From Desulfuromonadales bacterium (lineage in GTDB: Bacteria; Desulfobacterota; Desulfuromonadia; Desulfuromonadales; SZUA-540), in contig JAWSUS010000001.1 of NCBI GenBank assembly GCA_033549025.1, forward strand, positions 1 to 64,000: a DNA stretch of 64,000 nt, given 5' to 3'. The notes under the pieces were generated by a model. It was given only the letters and a program-made list of their open reading frames with translations, was not told where the DNA came from and made no database searches. Positions 9,367 to 16,686 of the stretch are shown here, piece by piece; within the stretch, counting starts at the first letter, position 1, and each line of letters opens with the position of its first letter. The position numbers and the translations under genes were made by a program.

Positions 9367-9390
9367 CCCCCGATAAAGGAGACTTGAAAA

Positions 9391-9918
9391 ATGGCAAAAG
9401 CCGCAAGAGTAAAAGCCGCCGCCACCACCCACACCGTGCCCCAGAGCCGCGAAGAGTGCACCGAATATATCGCCGAAATCGGTCGCTTGCAGCGCCAGCG
9501 CCAGCGCATCGAGGCCGACCTGAACGACCAGATCGCCGCCATCAAGCAGCAGTTTGAAGAGCAGGCCCGGCCCCTGGCCGACGATATCCGCCAGCTGTCG
9601 GGCGGCGTGCAGATGTGGTGCGAGGCCAACCGCATGGACCTCACCCGCGATGGCAAGGTCAAGTTCGCCAACCTCGCCAGCGGCGAAGTCAAATGGCGCA
9701 TGCGCCCGCCCCGCGTCAGCCTGCGTGGCACCGAGAACATTATCGACGCCTGCAAACGTCTGGGTCTGTCGCGCTTTGTGCGCATCAAAGAAGAGATCAA
9801 CAAAGAGGCCATGCTGGCCGAACCCGAGCTGGCCGCCACGCTCACGGGCGTCACCATCAGCCAGGGCGAGGATTTTGTGATTGTGCCCTTTGAGACGGAG
9901 CTGGAGGAGGTGGCGTGA
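9391..9918 (+). CDS. gam: Mu Gam-like host-nuclease inhibitor
   Basis: Coiled-coil N-terminus, GEVKWRMRPPRV, EEINKEAML, GEDFVIVPFE. Confidence 0.92.
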   Translation: MAKAARVKAAATTHTVPQSREECTEYIAEIGRLQRQRQRIEADLNDQIAAIKQQFEEQARPLADDIRQLSGGVQMWCEANRMDLTRDGKVKFANLASGEVKWRMRPPRVSLRGTENIIDACKRLGLSRFVRIKEEINKEAMLAEPELAATLTGVTISQGEDFVIVPFETELEEVA

Positions 9919-10097
9919 TGGAGCTTGAACCCTGCCCTTTTTGCGGCGCCCTTGAACAGGAATGGGACGGCGAGAAGCACAAGGACGGCACGGAGTATTG
10001 GTGGGTGAAGTGCTCGTTCTGCGGCGCTCGCGGCCCCCTCGGAGCCTCCCAGGAGAATGCCGCCTGGGCCTGGAACGGCGCGAAGGAGGCCCACTGA
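9918..10097 (+). CDS. Lar-like restriction alleviation protein 1
   Basis: LEPCPFCG...VKCSFCGARGP...AWAWN. Confidence 0.7.
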   Translation: MELEPCPFCGALEQEWDGEKHKDGTEYWWVKCSFCGARGPLGASQENAAWAWNGAKEAH

Positions 10098-10282
10098 TGC
10101 GCAACGCCGAAAGTCTAATTCATACCAGCGTGACGGATTGCATGACCACGTTGCAATTCTGGGGCCCCGACGACCTCGCGGAGTTGGAGAAAGCCTTACA
10201 GATGGCGTGCGATCTGGGTCACAAGTCCAGGGCCATTGTTATTGGCCGCCGGATCCGCGCCATAAAGAAGGAGGCCAAATGA
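10097..10282 (+). CDS. Hypothetical protein
   Basis: GGAGG RBS, TGATG coupling. Confidence 0.6.
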   Translation: MRNAESLIHTSVTDCMTTLQFWGPDDLAELEKALQMACDLGHKSRAIVIGRRIRAIKKEAK

Positions 10283-10452
10283 AAGAAATCCGCCCCTGCC
10301 CCTTTTGTGGAGAGCACGACGTGGAATGGGACGCCGACGAAGAGCACGTCCCTGTGCTGCACTGGGTCTATTGCCCCGAGTGCCAGTGCACCAGCCCCAC
10401 CGGCGTCACCCATGAGGATGTCGTCGAAATGTGGAACGGAGCCTTGCGATGA
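10279..10452 (+). CDS. Lar-like restriction alleviation protein 2
   Basis: IRPCPFCG...VYCPEC...VEMWN; GGAGG RBS. Confidence 0.7.
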   Translation: MKEIRPCPFCGEHDVEWDADEEHVPVLHWVYCPECQCTSPTGVTHEDVVEMWNGALR

Positions 10453-10619
10453 TGACCACCATCAAACAGATCGGCAGCCCCTCAACGGTCGAAACCATGA
10501 TCGCTGCCCTGTCAGAACTCCCCCTGAGAATGCCCATTGTCGACGCCCTGGGCGAGCCGGTGCGGCTGCTTTTGCGGGCCGAAGTCGATACGGGAAACGA
10601 GTTTATCGAAGTGCGATAA
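10449..10619 (+). CDS. Hypothetical protein
   Basis: Coupled ORF in the early operon. Confidence 0.5.
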   Translation: MMTTIKQIGSPSTVETMIAALSELPLRMPIVDALGEPVRLLLRAEVDTGNEFIEVR

Positions 10620-10632
10620 GGAGGCCATCCAA

Positions 10633-10746
10633 ATGGGAAAACGCATGGGAATCACCATCGGCAATAGAGTTTTCGCCCGCCTCGATGACGTGCCGGCCAC
10701 CCTGCTGCACGATGACAGAGCCGCCCTGAAGCGCGGCAAATACTAG
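10633..10746 (+). CDS. Small hypothetical protein
   Basis: AAGGAGG RBS; 37 aa. Confidence 0.5.
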   Translation: MGKRMGITIGNRVFARLDDVPATLLHDDRAALKRGKY

Positions 10747-10811
10747 GCGAAACCGGCCCCAGCGGCCGGTCGCTTCGGGGTGGCTCCCGGGGCCTGATGA
10801 TGCCAGCCAAC
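10743..10811 (+). ncRNA. Type II hammerhead ribozyme 1
   Basis: GGC-GAAA-CCGGCC/GGCCGG-TC (GUC, cut after 10771), stem I GCTTCGGG/CCCGGGGC, CTGATGA-T-GCC; loop TGGCT pairs with 3' AGCCA. Confidence 0.85.
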
Positions 10812-10893
10812 ACGTTGACCAGGGCGCAAGCCCATTTTGCCCGCCGGGGTTTTCTCCCTCCTGGCCCCGGCGGGAATTTTTACCGGGAGCACC

Positions 10894-11082
10894 ATGGCTA
10901 CAAACCACAAATACGAAGCGGCACAGTCATCGTGCCGGCGCTTCTGGCAAGCCGCCAAAGACGACTATTACCAGCAGGGGCTGGCCGCTGCTGACGAGTC
11001 CGATTGCCCGTATCCTTACACGTCCTTTGCCGCCATCCACTGGCGTCGGGGGGCCGCAGACAGAGAAAGGAACGCCGCATGA
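10894..11082 (+). CDS. Hypothetical protein
   Basis: GGGAG RBS before ATG 10894; CPYP...W motif. Confidence 0.55.
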   Translation: MATNHKYEAAQSSCRRFWQAAKDDYYQQGLAAADESDCPYPYTSFAAIHWRRGAADRERNAA

Positions 11083-11318
11083 CCCGTATCCATTACGCCA
11101 AGATTGAAGAGTCCGAACGCCTGCAACGGGTCCACCGCCTGCTGACCAATGGCGGCTGGCACAGCACCCGCGACATCATGCGCGCCGCCGATGTCTGCGC
11201 CGTCAATACGGTGATCACCGAGCTGCGCTGCAACGGCTACGACATTGTCACCCGCTGCGCCGGCAAGGGGCGCTACGAATACCAACTGATAACCGAACCG
11301 CAGAGGAGTTTGTTTTGA
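11079..11318 (+). CDS. Winged-HTH protein
   Basis: STRDIMRAADVCAVNTVITELRCNGYDI pattern; ends QRSLF. Confidence 0.65.
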   Translation: MTRIHYAKIEESERLQRVHRLLTNGGWHSTRDIMRAADVCAVNTVITELRCNGYDIVTRCAGKGRYEYQLITEPQRSLF

Positions 11319-11728
11319 TGACAAAGGAAGACTGGGACAAAGTCGAAAAGGCGCTGTCTGGCATTTATGGCATGGCCGGGGTCAAAGCCGATGAGTTCGA
11401 GGTGACCTTTCACCGAGGTCTGGTCAGCAAGAACCGGCTCGCGATCGTGACGTATGTCGACGGCTACAGGAAGGGTAAGTGGGTCGACGCGAAGGATCAG
11501 CACCCTGAGCAGCGCTGTCTTCGTCCGGCCTCCAGGCTCATGTGCAAGCCAAAGGAGCGGGCAGCGCTGAAGAAAATGAGCAAGCGACTTTTGAAGGAGC
11601 TGGGCCCGGCCTTCGATCCGGACCGAAAGTGGCACTATTACGATTTTAAATGGACCAGTGTCGCCCAGATCCGCCGCCATTACGAGAAAACGTTTCAGAG
11701 CATCGAGCTGATAGAGGTGTTCGGATGA
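11315..11728 (+). CDS. Hypothetical protein
   Basis: GAGGAG RBS, coupled ORF. Confidence 0.65.
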   Translation: MMTKEDWDKVEKALSGIYGMAGVKADEFEVTFHRGLVSKNRLAIVTYVDGYRKGKWVDAKDQHPEQRCLRPASRLMCKPKERAALKKMSKRLLKELGPAFDPDRKWHYYDFKWTSVAQIRRHYEKTFQSIELIEVFG

Positions 11729-11874
11729 AATGCACTGAAAAAACCGAAGTCTGGAGCCGCGTTTGCGGCTTCTTTCGCCCCGTAGCGCAGTGGAACAAGG
11801 GGAAAAAAGAAGAGTACAAAGACCGCACGCCTTTTAAACCGGAGGGACACCATGGCGACAGCCAAGCAGATTAA
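11725..11874 (+). CDS. Stand-alone NrdD C-terminal-like miniprotein
   Basis: EVWSRVCGFFRPVAQWNKGKKEEYKDR resembles the glycyl-radical loop of class III ribonucleotide reductase; GAGG RBS. Confidence 0.75.
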   Translation: MKCTEKTEVWSRVCGFFRPVAQWNKGKKEEYKDRTPFKPEGHHGDSQAD

Positions 11875-12295
11875 GTTGATTCATACCTGCAAAGGCGCCC
11901 TGCACCTGTCCGACGAAGACTACCGCGCCATTCTGGCCGGGTACGGGGTACAAAGCAGCAAAGACCTGAGCACCTTCAAGGCCGCCAAACTGCTGGCCGA
12001 CCTTGAAGAAAAAGCCGCCGCCGCCGGAGTCTGGAAGCGCCGGGGCGGTAAGGGGCACCGGCCGCACAACATGGCCACCGGCCGCAGCAGCCGCGCCGCC
12101 CAGCTGGAGAAAATCGGGGCCTTGCTCACCGTGGGCGGCAAAAGCTGGGCCTATGCCGACGGCATGGCCAAGCGGATCTGCAAGGTCGAAAAGGTGGCTT
12201 GGGTGGCTGATGACGAGCTGTATAAAGTGATTGCCGCGCTGAGGTACCAAGCCAAGCGCGAGGGCTGGGACTTGAGTGGGGAGGGCGCCAGATGA
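11852..12295 (+). CDS. gemA: GemA / DUF1018 family protein
   Basis: IKLIHTCKGALHLSDEDYRAIL...SSKDL, typical of Mu gp16. Confidence 0.85.
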   Translation: MATAKQIKLIHTCKGALHLSDEDYRAILAGYGVQSSKDLSTFKAAKLLADLEEKAAAAGVWKRRGGKGHRPHNMATGRSSRAAQLEKIGALLTVGGKSWAYADGMAKRICKVEKVAWVADDELYKVIAALRYQAKREGWDLSGEGAR

Positions 12296-12423
12296 CCCCC
12301 TGCCCCCTTTGTGAAGCCGACGACATGGAGGCGTGTGCCTGCGGCTGGGAGACCATCGCCGAATACGCAGCCGACGAAGTAACCGTGGCGCTCATCGAGC
12401 GCCGCTTGCATACGGCACAGTGA
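12292..12423 (+). CDS. Small Cys-containing protein
   Basis: GGAGG RBS; MTPCPFCE...CACG; 43 aa. Confidence 0.5.
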   Translation: MTPCPLCEADDMEACACGWETIAEYAADEVTVALIERRLHTAQ

Positions 12424-12440
12424 CGAAATGAACGAGACGC

Positions 12441-12469
12441 TTGACACAAAAACCGCTTCGGGCTACGCT
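12441..12469 (+). promoter_or_regulatory. Sigma70 promoter of the c4-antirepressor unit
   Basis: TTGACA-17bp-TACGCT. Confidence 0.7.
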
Positions 12470-12582
12470 TGCCCTGCTGTCGGCAAAATCCGGCAGTCGG
12501 GTTTAGCGGCCCGCGTTACAGGCGGACACACCGCCTCTGCTTTTCGGCGGTCTTTTTGTGTCCACGGCATGGCGCTCCAGTT

Positions 12583-12655
12583 GGGCGCGTCGTGTGGGGA
12601 GCCTTCGGGCTCGCCGGTTTCCTGTAGCCGGTCCGCTAACCCGCACGGCGCGCCC
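12583..12655 (+). ncRNA. c4-type antisense RNA
   Basis: Closing stem GGGCGCGTCGTGTGGG/CCCGCACGGCGCGCCC, GAGCC-TTCG-GGCTC hairpin; segments TCCTGTA and CCGCTAA are complementary to targets at 12501-12522 and 12663-12704. Confidence 0.85.
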
Positions 12656-12712
12656 TCTTTTCGTTTAGCGGCGAGAAGGGGGGATTATCAACCCCTTATA
12701 CAGGAGAATGCC

Positions 12713-12916
12713 ATGCACCCACCCGACACCCACCCCCTGGACGTACTCGCCGAGTGCGTCTGCAAGTCGGCCTTTTTGGCCGATGCCGTCAATTCCCTTT
12801 CGGTTCGCCGCGATGAACTCAGCGACCAAGGCCTCGAAGGCCTGGGCTTCTTTCTGAGCGAAATCGAACGCGACATCCGCCTGCTAAAAACCATTCTTGA
12901 AGAAAAGGAGGCGTAA
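12713..12916 (+). CDS. Small protein in the icd-like position downstream of c4
   Basis: AGGAG RBS overlapped by c4 target TACAGGA; 67 aa. Confidence 0.65.
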   Translation: MHPPDTHPLDVLAECVCKSAFLADAVNSLSVRRDELSDQGLEGLGFFLSEIERDIRLLKTILEEKEA

Positions 12917-12918
12917 TC

Positions 12919-13503
12919 ATGCTTGCTCAAGTAATCCCCTTCCCCCAAGACGCCGTGGCCCTCAAGGACGGCCGCCCAGTCACAACCAGCCTGAAAGTCG
13001 CCGAAGCGTTCGGCAAGCAGCATGACAATGTACTCCGGACAATCCGCACGCTGGATTGCTCGGACGAGTTTCGCCGCCTCAATTTTGAGGCGGCGACCTA
13101 CACCGATGCGCAGGGCAAGCCTCGGCCTATGTTCGAATTGACCCGTGACGGCTTCACCCTTCTCGGGATGGGGTTCACCGGCCCCCAAGCTGCGCGGTTC
13201 AAAGAGGCATACATCGGGGCCTTCAATGCGATGGAGTCGGCCCTGTTGAGCAAGCACTTCGCGCCAGCTTCTGCCCCAAAAATCGAGGTTGACGCTGTCG
13301 AGCACTACAAAATGAAGGCCGAGCTTGCCGAGTTGAAGCTGGAAAAGGCCGAAGCCGCGAAGAAACGCCGCCGCGCCTTCACCGAGGCCGACAAGACCGT
13401 CATGCTGGCCATGAATGCCCGAGGCAAAACCCCCGGCCAGATCGCCGCCGAACTGGGCCGCACGACCTCTGCCGTGCGCACCTGGTTGCGCACCCGCAGT
13501 TAA
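12919..13503 (+). CDS. Rha-family phage regulator/antirepressor with C-terminal HTH
   Basis: TTSLKVAEAFGKQHDNVLR, LTRDGFTLLGMGFTG, FKEAYIGAFNAME. Confidence 0.9.
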   Translation: MLAQVIPFPQDAVALKDGRPVTTSLKVAEAFGKQHDNVLRTIRTLDCSDEFRRLNFEAATYTDAQGKPRPMFELTRDGFTLLGMGFTGPQAARFKEAYIGAFNAMESALLSKHFAPASAPKIEVDAVEHYKMKAELAELKLEKAEAAKKRRRAFTEADKTVMLAMNARGKTPGQIAAELGRTTSAVRTWLRTRS

Positions 13504-13590
13504 GCGAAACCTTGGCGCGTCCAAAAATGGACGCGCCAAGGTCTGCCGGGCGTGGTGGCCCGGTACTGACGAGCAGCCAAAGGAGACCAC
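13504..13590 (+). ncRNA. Type II hammerhead ribozyme 2
   Basis: GC-GAAA, 14-bp stem III, GUC (cut after 13543), stem I TGCCGGGC/GCCCGGTA, CTGACGA-GC; loop GTGGT can pair with 3' GCCA or ACCAC. Confidence 0.85.
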
Positions 13591-13593
13591 TTG

Positions 13594-14052
13594 ATGAAAC
13601 TGCGCTGTCCCTGTTGCCACACCAGCAACAGCCTTGAAGCCTATACCGCCGATGACGCGGGCCGTGAACTGCTGGGACTGCTGGCATCAAGCGGCCCTCT
13701 CTTTCGCCCGATTGTGGGCTATCTGGGCCTGTTTCGCCCGGCTTCGCGGGATCTCTCCCACGACCGCGCCTTAAAGCTGGCCCGCGAAGTGCTGGAGATC
13801 GGCGCCGATCCGCGCGCCCTGGCACAGGCTCTGAGTGAGACCGTGGAGGCCATGCGGCAAAAGCGGCAAGAGGGCGATGTGCGGCCCTTGAAAAACCACA
13901 ACTACTTGAAGCGCGTGCTTGAATCGGTGGCCGCTACGCCGAATGTAGCGCTTGCTACGCCGAATGTCGCGCTCGCCCCCACGGCCCCCACCGCCCCGCG
14001 CAGCAAGCGGGCGCAGGGCATGGCCGCCCTGGAGGACTGGGGCCGTGAGTAG
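13594..14052 (+). CDS. Conserved Mu-like hypothetical protein (N-terminal CPCC)
   Basis: AGGAG RBS; YLGLFRP, PLKNHNYLKRV. Confidence 0.75.
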   Translation: MKLRCPCCHTSNSLEAYTADDAGRELLGLLASSGPLFRPIVGYLGLFRPASRDLSHDRALKLAREVLEIGADPRALAQALSETVEAMRQKRQEGDVRPLKNHNYLKRVLESVAATPNVALATPNVALAPTAPTAPRSKRAQGMAALEDWGRE

Positions 14053-14425
14053 CTGGCTGCGACGCGAAGTCAAAGACGGGCTGCAAGCCCTGGTGGCGCT
14101 GGGGCTTGAAGGCCAGCCAGCCGCCGAGGTGCTGCCGCGCACGGCGGATATCTGGCTGCGGGCGATGCAAAAGGCCAATATCGGCATGAGCATCGAAACG
14201 GTCGACGCGCCCCGCGTGCGCGCAGGGTTCGAGAATCTTTTTCCCCTTCTTCGCCGCTGGCCCAGCCCGGCCCAGCTCATCGAGCAGGTACCGGATCGCC
14301 CCAAGCGCCAAAGCCTGCCGCCAGCCCCCCGCAGCGAGGGCGAAGAGGCCGAGGCAAAGGCAAAGGCGGCTTTAACCGATATTTACAAAGGTCTTGAAAA
14401 AGGCTTTACCTTGTCTGAACAGTGA
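14045..14425 (+). CDS. Hypothetical phage protein
   Basis: GTG start with GGAGG; GLQALVALGLEGQP...WPSPAQLIE. Confidence 0.7.
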   Translation: MSSWLRREVKDGLQALVALGLEGQPAAEVLPRTADIWLRAMQKANIGMSIETVDAPRVRAGFENLFPLLRRWPSPAQLIEQVPDRPKRQSLPPAPRSEGEEAEAKAKAALTDIYKGLEKGFTLSEQ

Positions 14426-14754
14426 ATGAAAGGAGGCGGGCAGTGAACGATTTGGCAGAGCGCAAATTTATGGGAATGCTGGAGGCGTCGGGAGCGCCGA
14501 AGAAGGCCAGTTACAACCGGGCGGAGTTCTGCCGGATCTTCGGGATCTCGGAGCGCACCTTTTACCGCATGGTGGCGGCGCATGACCTCGATCCGGAAAC
14601 GGGAGAGCCCCTGTTCCCCTGGACGGTGGACAGCTACATGACGCGCGGCCATCACCGGGTGCGCTATGCCGAATGCGTCGACTACCTCGCCCGCAATCGC
14701 ACCATCGAGCGCAAGCTGGCCGCCGACCCCCGTCAAATGTCGATATTCGATTAA
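14422..14754 (+). CDS. HTH DNA-binding protein in the late-activator position
   Basis: YNRAEFCRIFGISERTFYRMV HTH; last early gene before lysis. Confidence 0.7.
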   Translation: MNERRRAVNDLAERKFMGMLEASGAPKKASYNRAEFCRIFGISERTFYRMVAAHDLDPETGEPLFPWTVDSYMTRGHHRVRYAECVDYLARNRTIERKLAADPRQMSIFD

Positions 14755-14792
14755 ACCCCCGCATTTTCAACCACATCCAGACAATGCACGCC

Positions 14793-14824
14793 GAAGCGCC
14801 GCTATTTTGCGGCGCTTTTCTTTT
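14793..14824 (+). terminator. Hairpin/terminator ending the early region
   Basis: AAGCGCCGC/GCGGCGCTT followed by TTCTTTT. Confidence 0.55.
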
Positions 14825-14963
14825 ACCCTGCCTGTGACAGAATACGTCACACCATCAGTCAGCCGGGCTTGCCCGGCCTGACGTGTATCCACCGATACCC
14901 CCCGCGAAAAGGGGCAGGCAGGGACGGCCCGTAAGCCCTGCCCCGCGATTTAAGGGAGCCAGC

Positions 14964-15326
14964 ATGGCCAAGTTGACCAAGCATTTTTCAAGCGAAGAGT
15001 TTGCCTGCAAGTGCGGCTGCGGCAAGGCCAGCATAGACCCCAACCTGGTGGCGGTGCTGGAGATGATGCGCGAGAGCATCGGCCAGCCCCTGCGCATCGC
15101 CAGCGGCGTGCGCTGCCATGCCCACAACGCCAAGGTCGGCGGCAAGCCCGATTCGGCGCACCTGCACGGCAAGGCTGTGGACATCATCTGCACCACCAGC
15201 CGGCTGCGCCATGACATCCTTGATGCGGCCTATCAATGCGGCTTTCGCCGCGTCGGCATTCACTCATCTTTCATCCACCTGGACTGCGCGGAGCATCTGC
15301 CCCAAGACGTCTGCTGGGTGTACTAA
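14964..15326 (+). CDS. Endolysin, peptidase M15 family
   Basis: HFSSEEFACKCGC, SGVRC, SAHLHGKAVD, FIHLD; GGGAG RBS. Confidence 0.9.
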   Translation: MAKLTKHFSSEEFACKCGCGKASIDPNLVAVLEMMRESIGQPLRIASGVRCHAHNAKVGGKPDSAHLHGKAVDIICTTSRLRHDILDAAYQCGFRRVGIHSSFIHLDCAEHLPQDVCWVY

Positions 15327-15339
15327 CACGGAGGCACAC

Positions 15340-15525
15340 ATGGAATCGACCGGCAAGAAATTCTGGCTCTCTAAAACCTTCTGGGTCAACCTGCTCGCCC
15401 TGGTCTTTATCGTTCTGCAAAGCCTGACCGGGCTGGAATTGTCGGCCGAGGCGCAGGTGTCGCTGCTGTCGCTCGTCAATATCGGCCTGCGTCTGGTGAC
15501 GAAAGAGGCGGTCACCTGGAGCTAA
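15340..15525 (+). CDS. Holin-like two-TM protein
   Basis: KKFWLSKTFWVN, two hydrophobic helices, NIGLRLVTKE. Confidence 0.75.
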   Translation: MESTGKKFWLSKTFWVNLLALVFIVLQSLTGLELSAEAQVSLLSLVNIGLRLVTKEAVTWS

Positions 15526-15528
15526 ACC

Positions 15529-15765
15529 ATGGCCGAGGCTTTAAGCGCCCTGCTGGCCGTGGTGCTGCTGCTGCTGAGGCACTACCTGGCCGAGAAGAGA
15601 ACCCATGATCGACGTCATCTGCCCGACCTGCACGATTTGGATCAAGCGCTTGCTGATCGCGATACCGGTGCTTTGTCTGCTCTGTTTGACCGGTTGCGCA
15701 AGCCCCGAGATCCGGATCGTACCGGAGGGACGGATCATTCAGCCCCTGCCGAACGGGAACTATGA
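15529..15765 (+). CDS. Putative inner-membrane spanin
   Basis: N-terminal TM; overlaps a lipoprotein ORF in another frame. Confidence 0.5.
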   Translation: MAEALSALLAVVLLLLRHYLAEKRTHDRRHLPDLHDLDQALADRDTGALSALFDRLRKPRDPDRTGGTDHSAPAEREL

Positions 15766-15847
15766 AGTAACCCCCGGCTGGCTGCGGGATCGCTACGAAT
15801 ACGAGGCCTGGCTCACCGAGATGCTGGACCACTGCCAGGAGGACTAA
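15605..15847 (+). CDS. Putative outer-membrane spanin lipoprotein
   Basis: Hydrophobic signal with LTGC lipobox, in the lysis cassette. Confidence 0.6.
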   Translation: MIDVICPTCTIWIKRLLIAIPVLCLLCLTGCASPEIRIVPEGRIIQPLPNGNYEVTPGWLRDRYEYEAWLTEMLDHCQED

Positions 15848-16075
15848 GTGCCCGACGATCTGGACCGCGCTCAGGGCATCAACGAGCAACTGCAGGCCGA
15901 TGCCCTGGCCGCTCACTTCCGCCGGGTGCGGCGCTTGCCGGCGGCGACTTTTGAAGCCACGGCCTGCGTCGACTGCGACGAGCCGATCCCTGAAAAGAGG
16001 CTGCAGGCCTCGCCCGGCTGCATCCGGTGTGTGGATTGCCAACGGGATTTCGAACAGCGAGGAAGGAGAGGCTAA
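15848..16075 (+). CDS. TraR/DksA C4 zinc-finger protein
   Basis: DDLDRAQ, CVDCDEPIPEKRL...CIRCVDCQ. Confidence 0.88.
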   Translation: MPDDLDRAQGINEQLQADALAAHFRRVRRLPAATFEATACVDCDEPIPEKRLQASPGCIRCVDCQRDFEQRGRRG

Positions 16076-16078
16076 AGG

Positions 16079-16441
16079 GTGTCGCCAGAGCAACTTGCCG
16101 CTATCAAGGCCGTGTCAGACATTCTGACCAGCCTGGGATCGATGCCCCTGACCAGCATCGCCGTTCTGGTTCTGTTCGGGCCTTGGGTCGTCATGATCAT
16201 GGTCAGCCTGCAACAGAACCGCCGCTTTGAGGCTGTGGCCACCATGTACGCCGACAACGTGCAGCTGGTGAAGGATTACCAGGACCTGGTGCGGGGCTAC
16301 AAGGCCATCGTCAGTGGTCAGCAGGATCTCATTATCCACACCACCCAGGTGCTGACGGGGGTCAAAAGCGTGGCGGAAAACAATCTTTACTGCCCGATGG
16401 TCCGCAAGGAAACCAAAGGCAAACCGGAGGTGCACGGATGA
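16079..16441 (+). CDS. Membrane protein
   Basis: TM segment followed by coiled coil and CP motif. Confidence 0.65.
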   Translation: MSPEQLAAIKAVSDILTSLGSMPLTSIAVLVLFGPWVVMIMVSLQQNRRFEAVATMYADNVQLVKDYQDLVRGYKAIVSGQQDLIIHTTQVLTGVKSVAENNLYCPMVRKETKGKPEVHG

Positions 16442-16686
16442 GTCTCGTCCTTCAACTGCGCGAACAGCTCGACCGGCTCAAGCGCCAGAAAATAGACCTG
16501 TCGCTGCGGGCCGACGCGAATGTGAAGGCCGCCAAAGAGCTGCTTTCCATCTCGGCCTATTCGGCGCTGATGGAAATTGACCTGAAGACGGCCGCCCATC
16601 ACCTGTCCCTGGCGATCCGCGACCAGGAGGAACTCGAAGCCGTGCTGGCCGACATCCGCAAGATCGAGCGGGAGCTGGGGGCCTAG
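16438..16686 (+). CDS. Hypothetical coiled-coil protein
   Basis: GGAGG RBS, coupled ORF. Confidence 0.6.
   Translation: MSLVLQLREQLDRLKRQKIDLSLRADANVKAAKELLSISAYSALMEIDLKTAAHHLSLAIRDQEELEAVLADIRKIERELGA

Noticed and set aside
12428..12712. N-terminal part of the 162-aa ORF
   Set aside because: Overlaps the promoter and c4 RNA structure; the RBS-supported start is 12713
13509..13542. Rho-independent terminator after rha
   Set aside because: No U-tract; the hairpin is better explained as stem III of a hammerhead
13933..13973. 21-bp tandem duplication (ATPNVAL x2)
   Set aside because: In-frame duplication in a low-complexity linker; no sign of function
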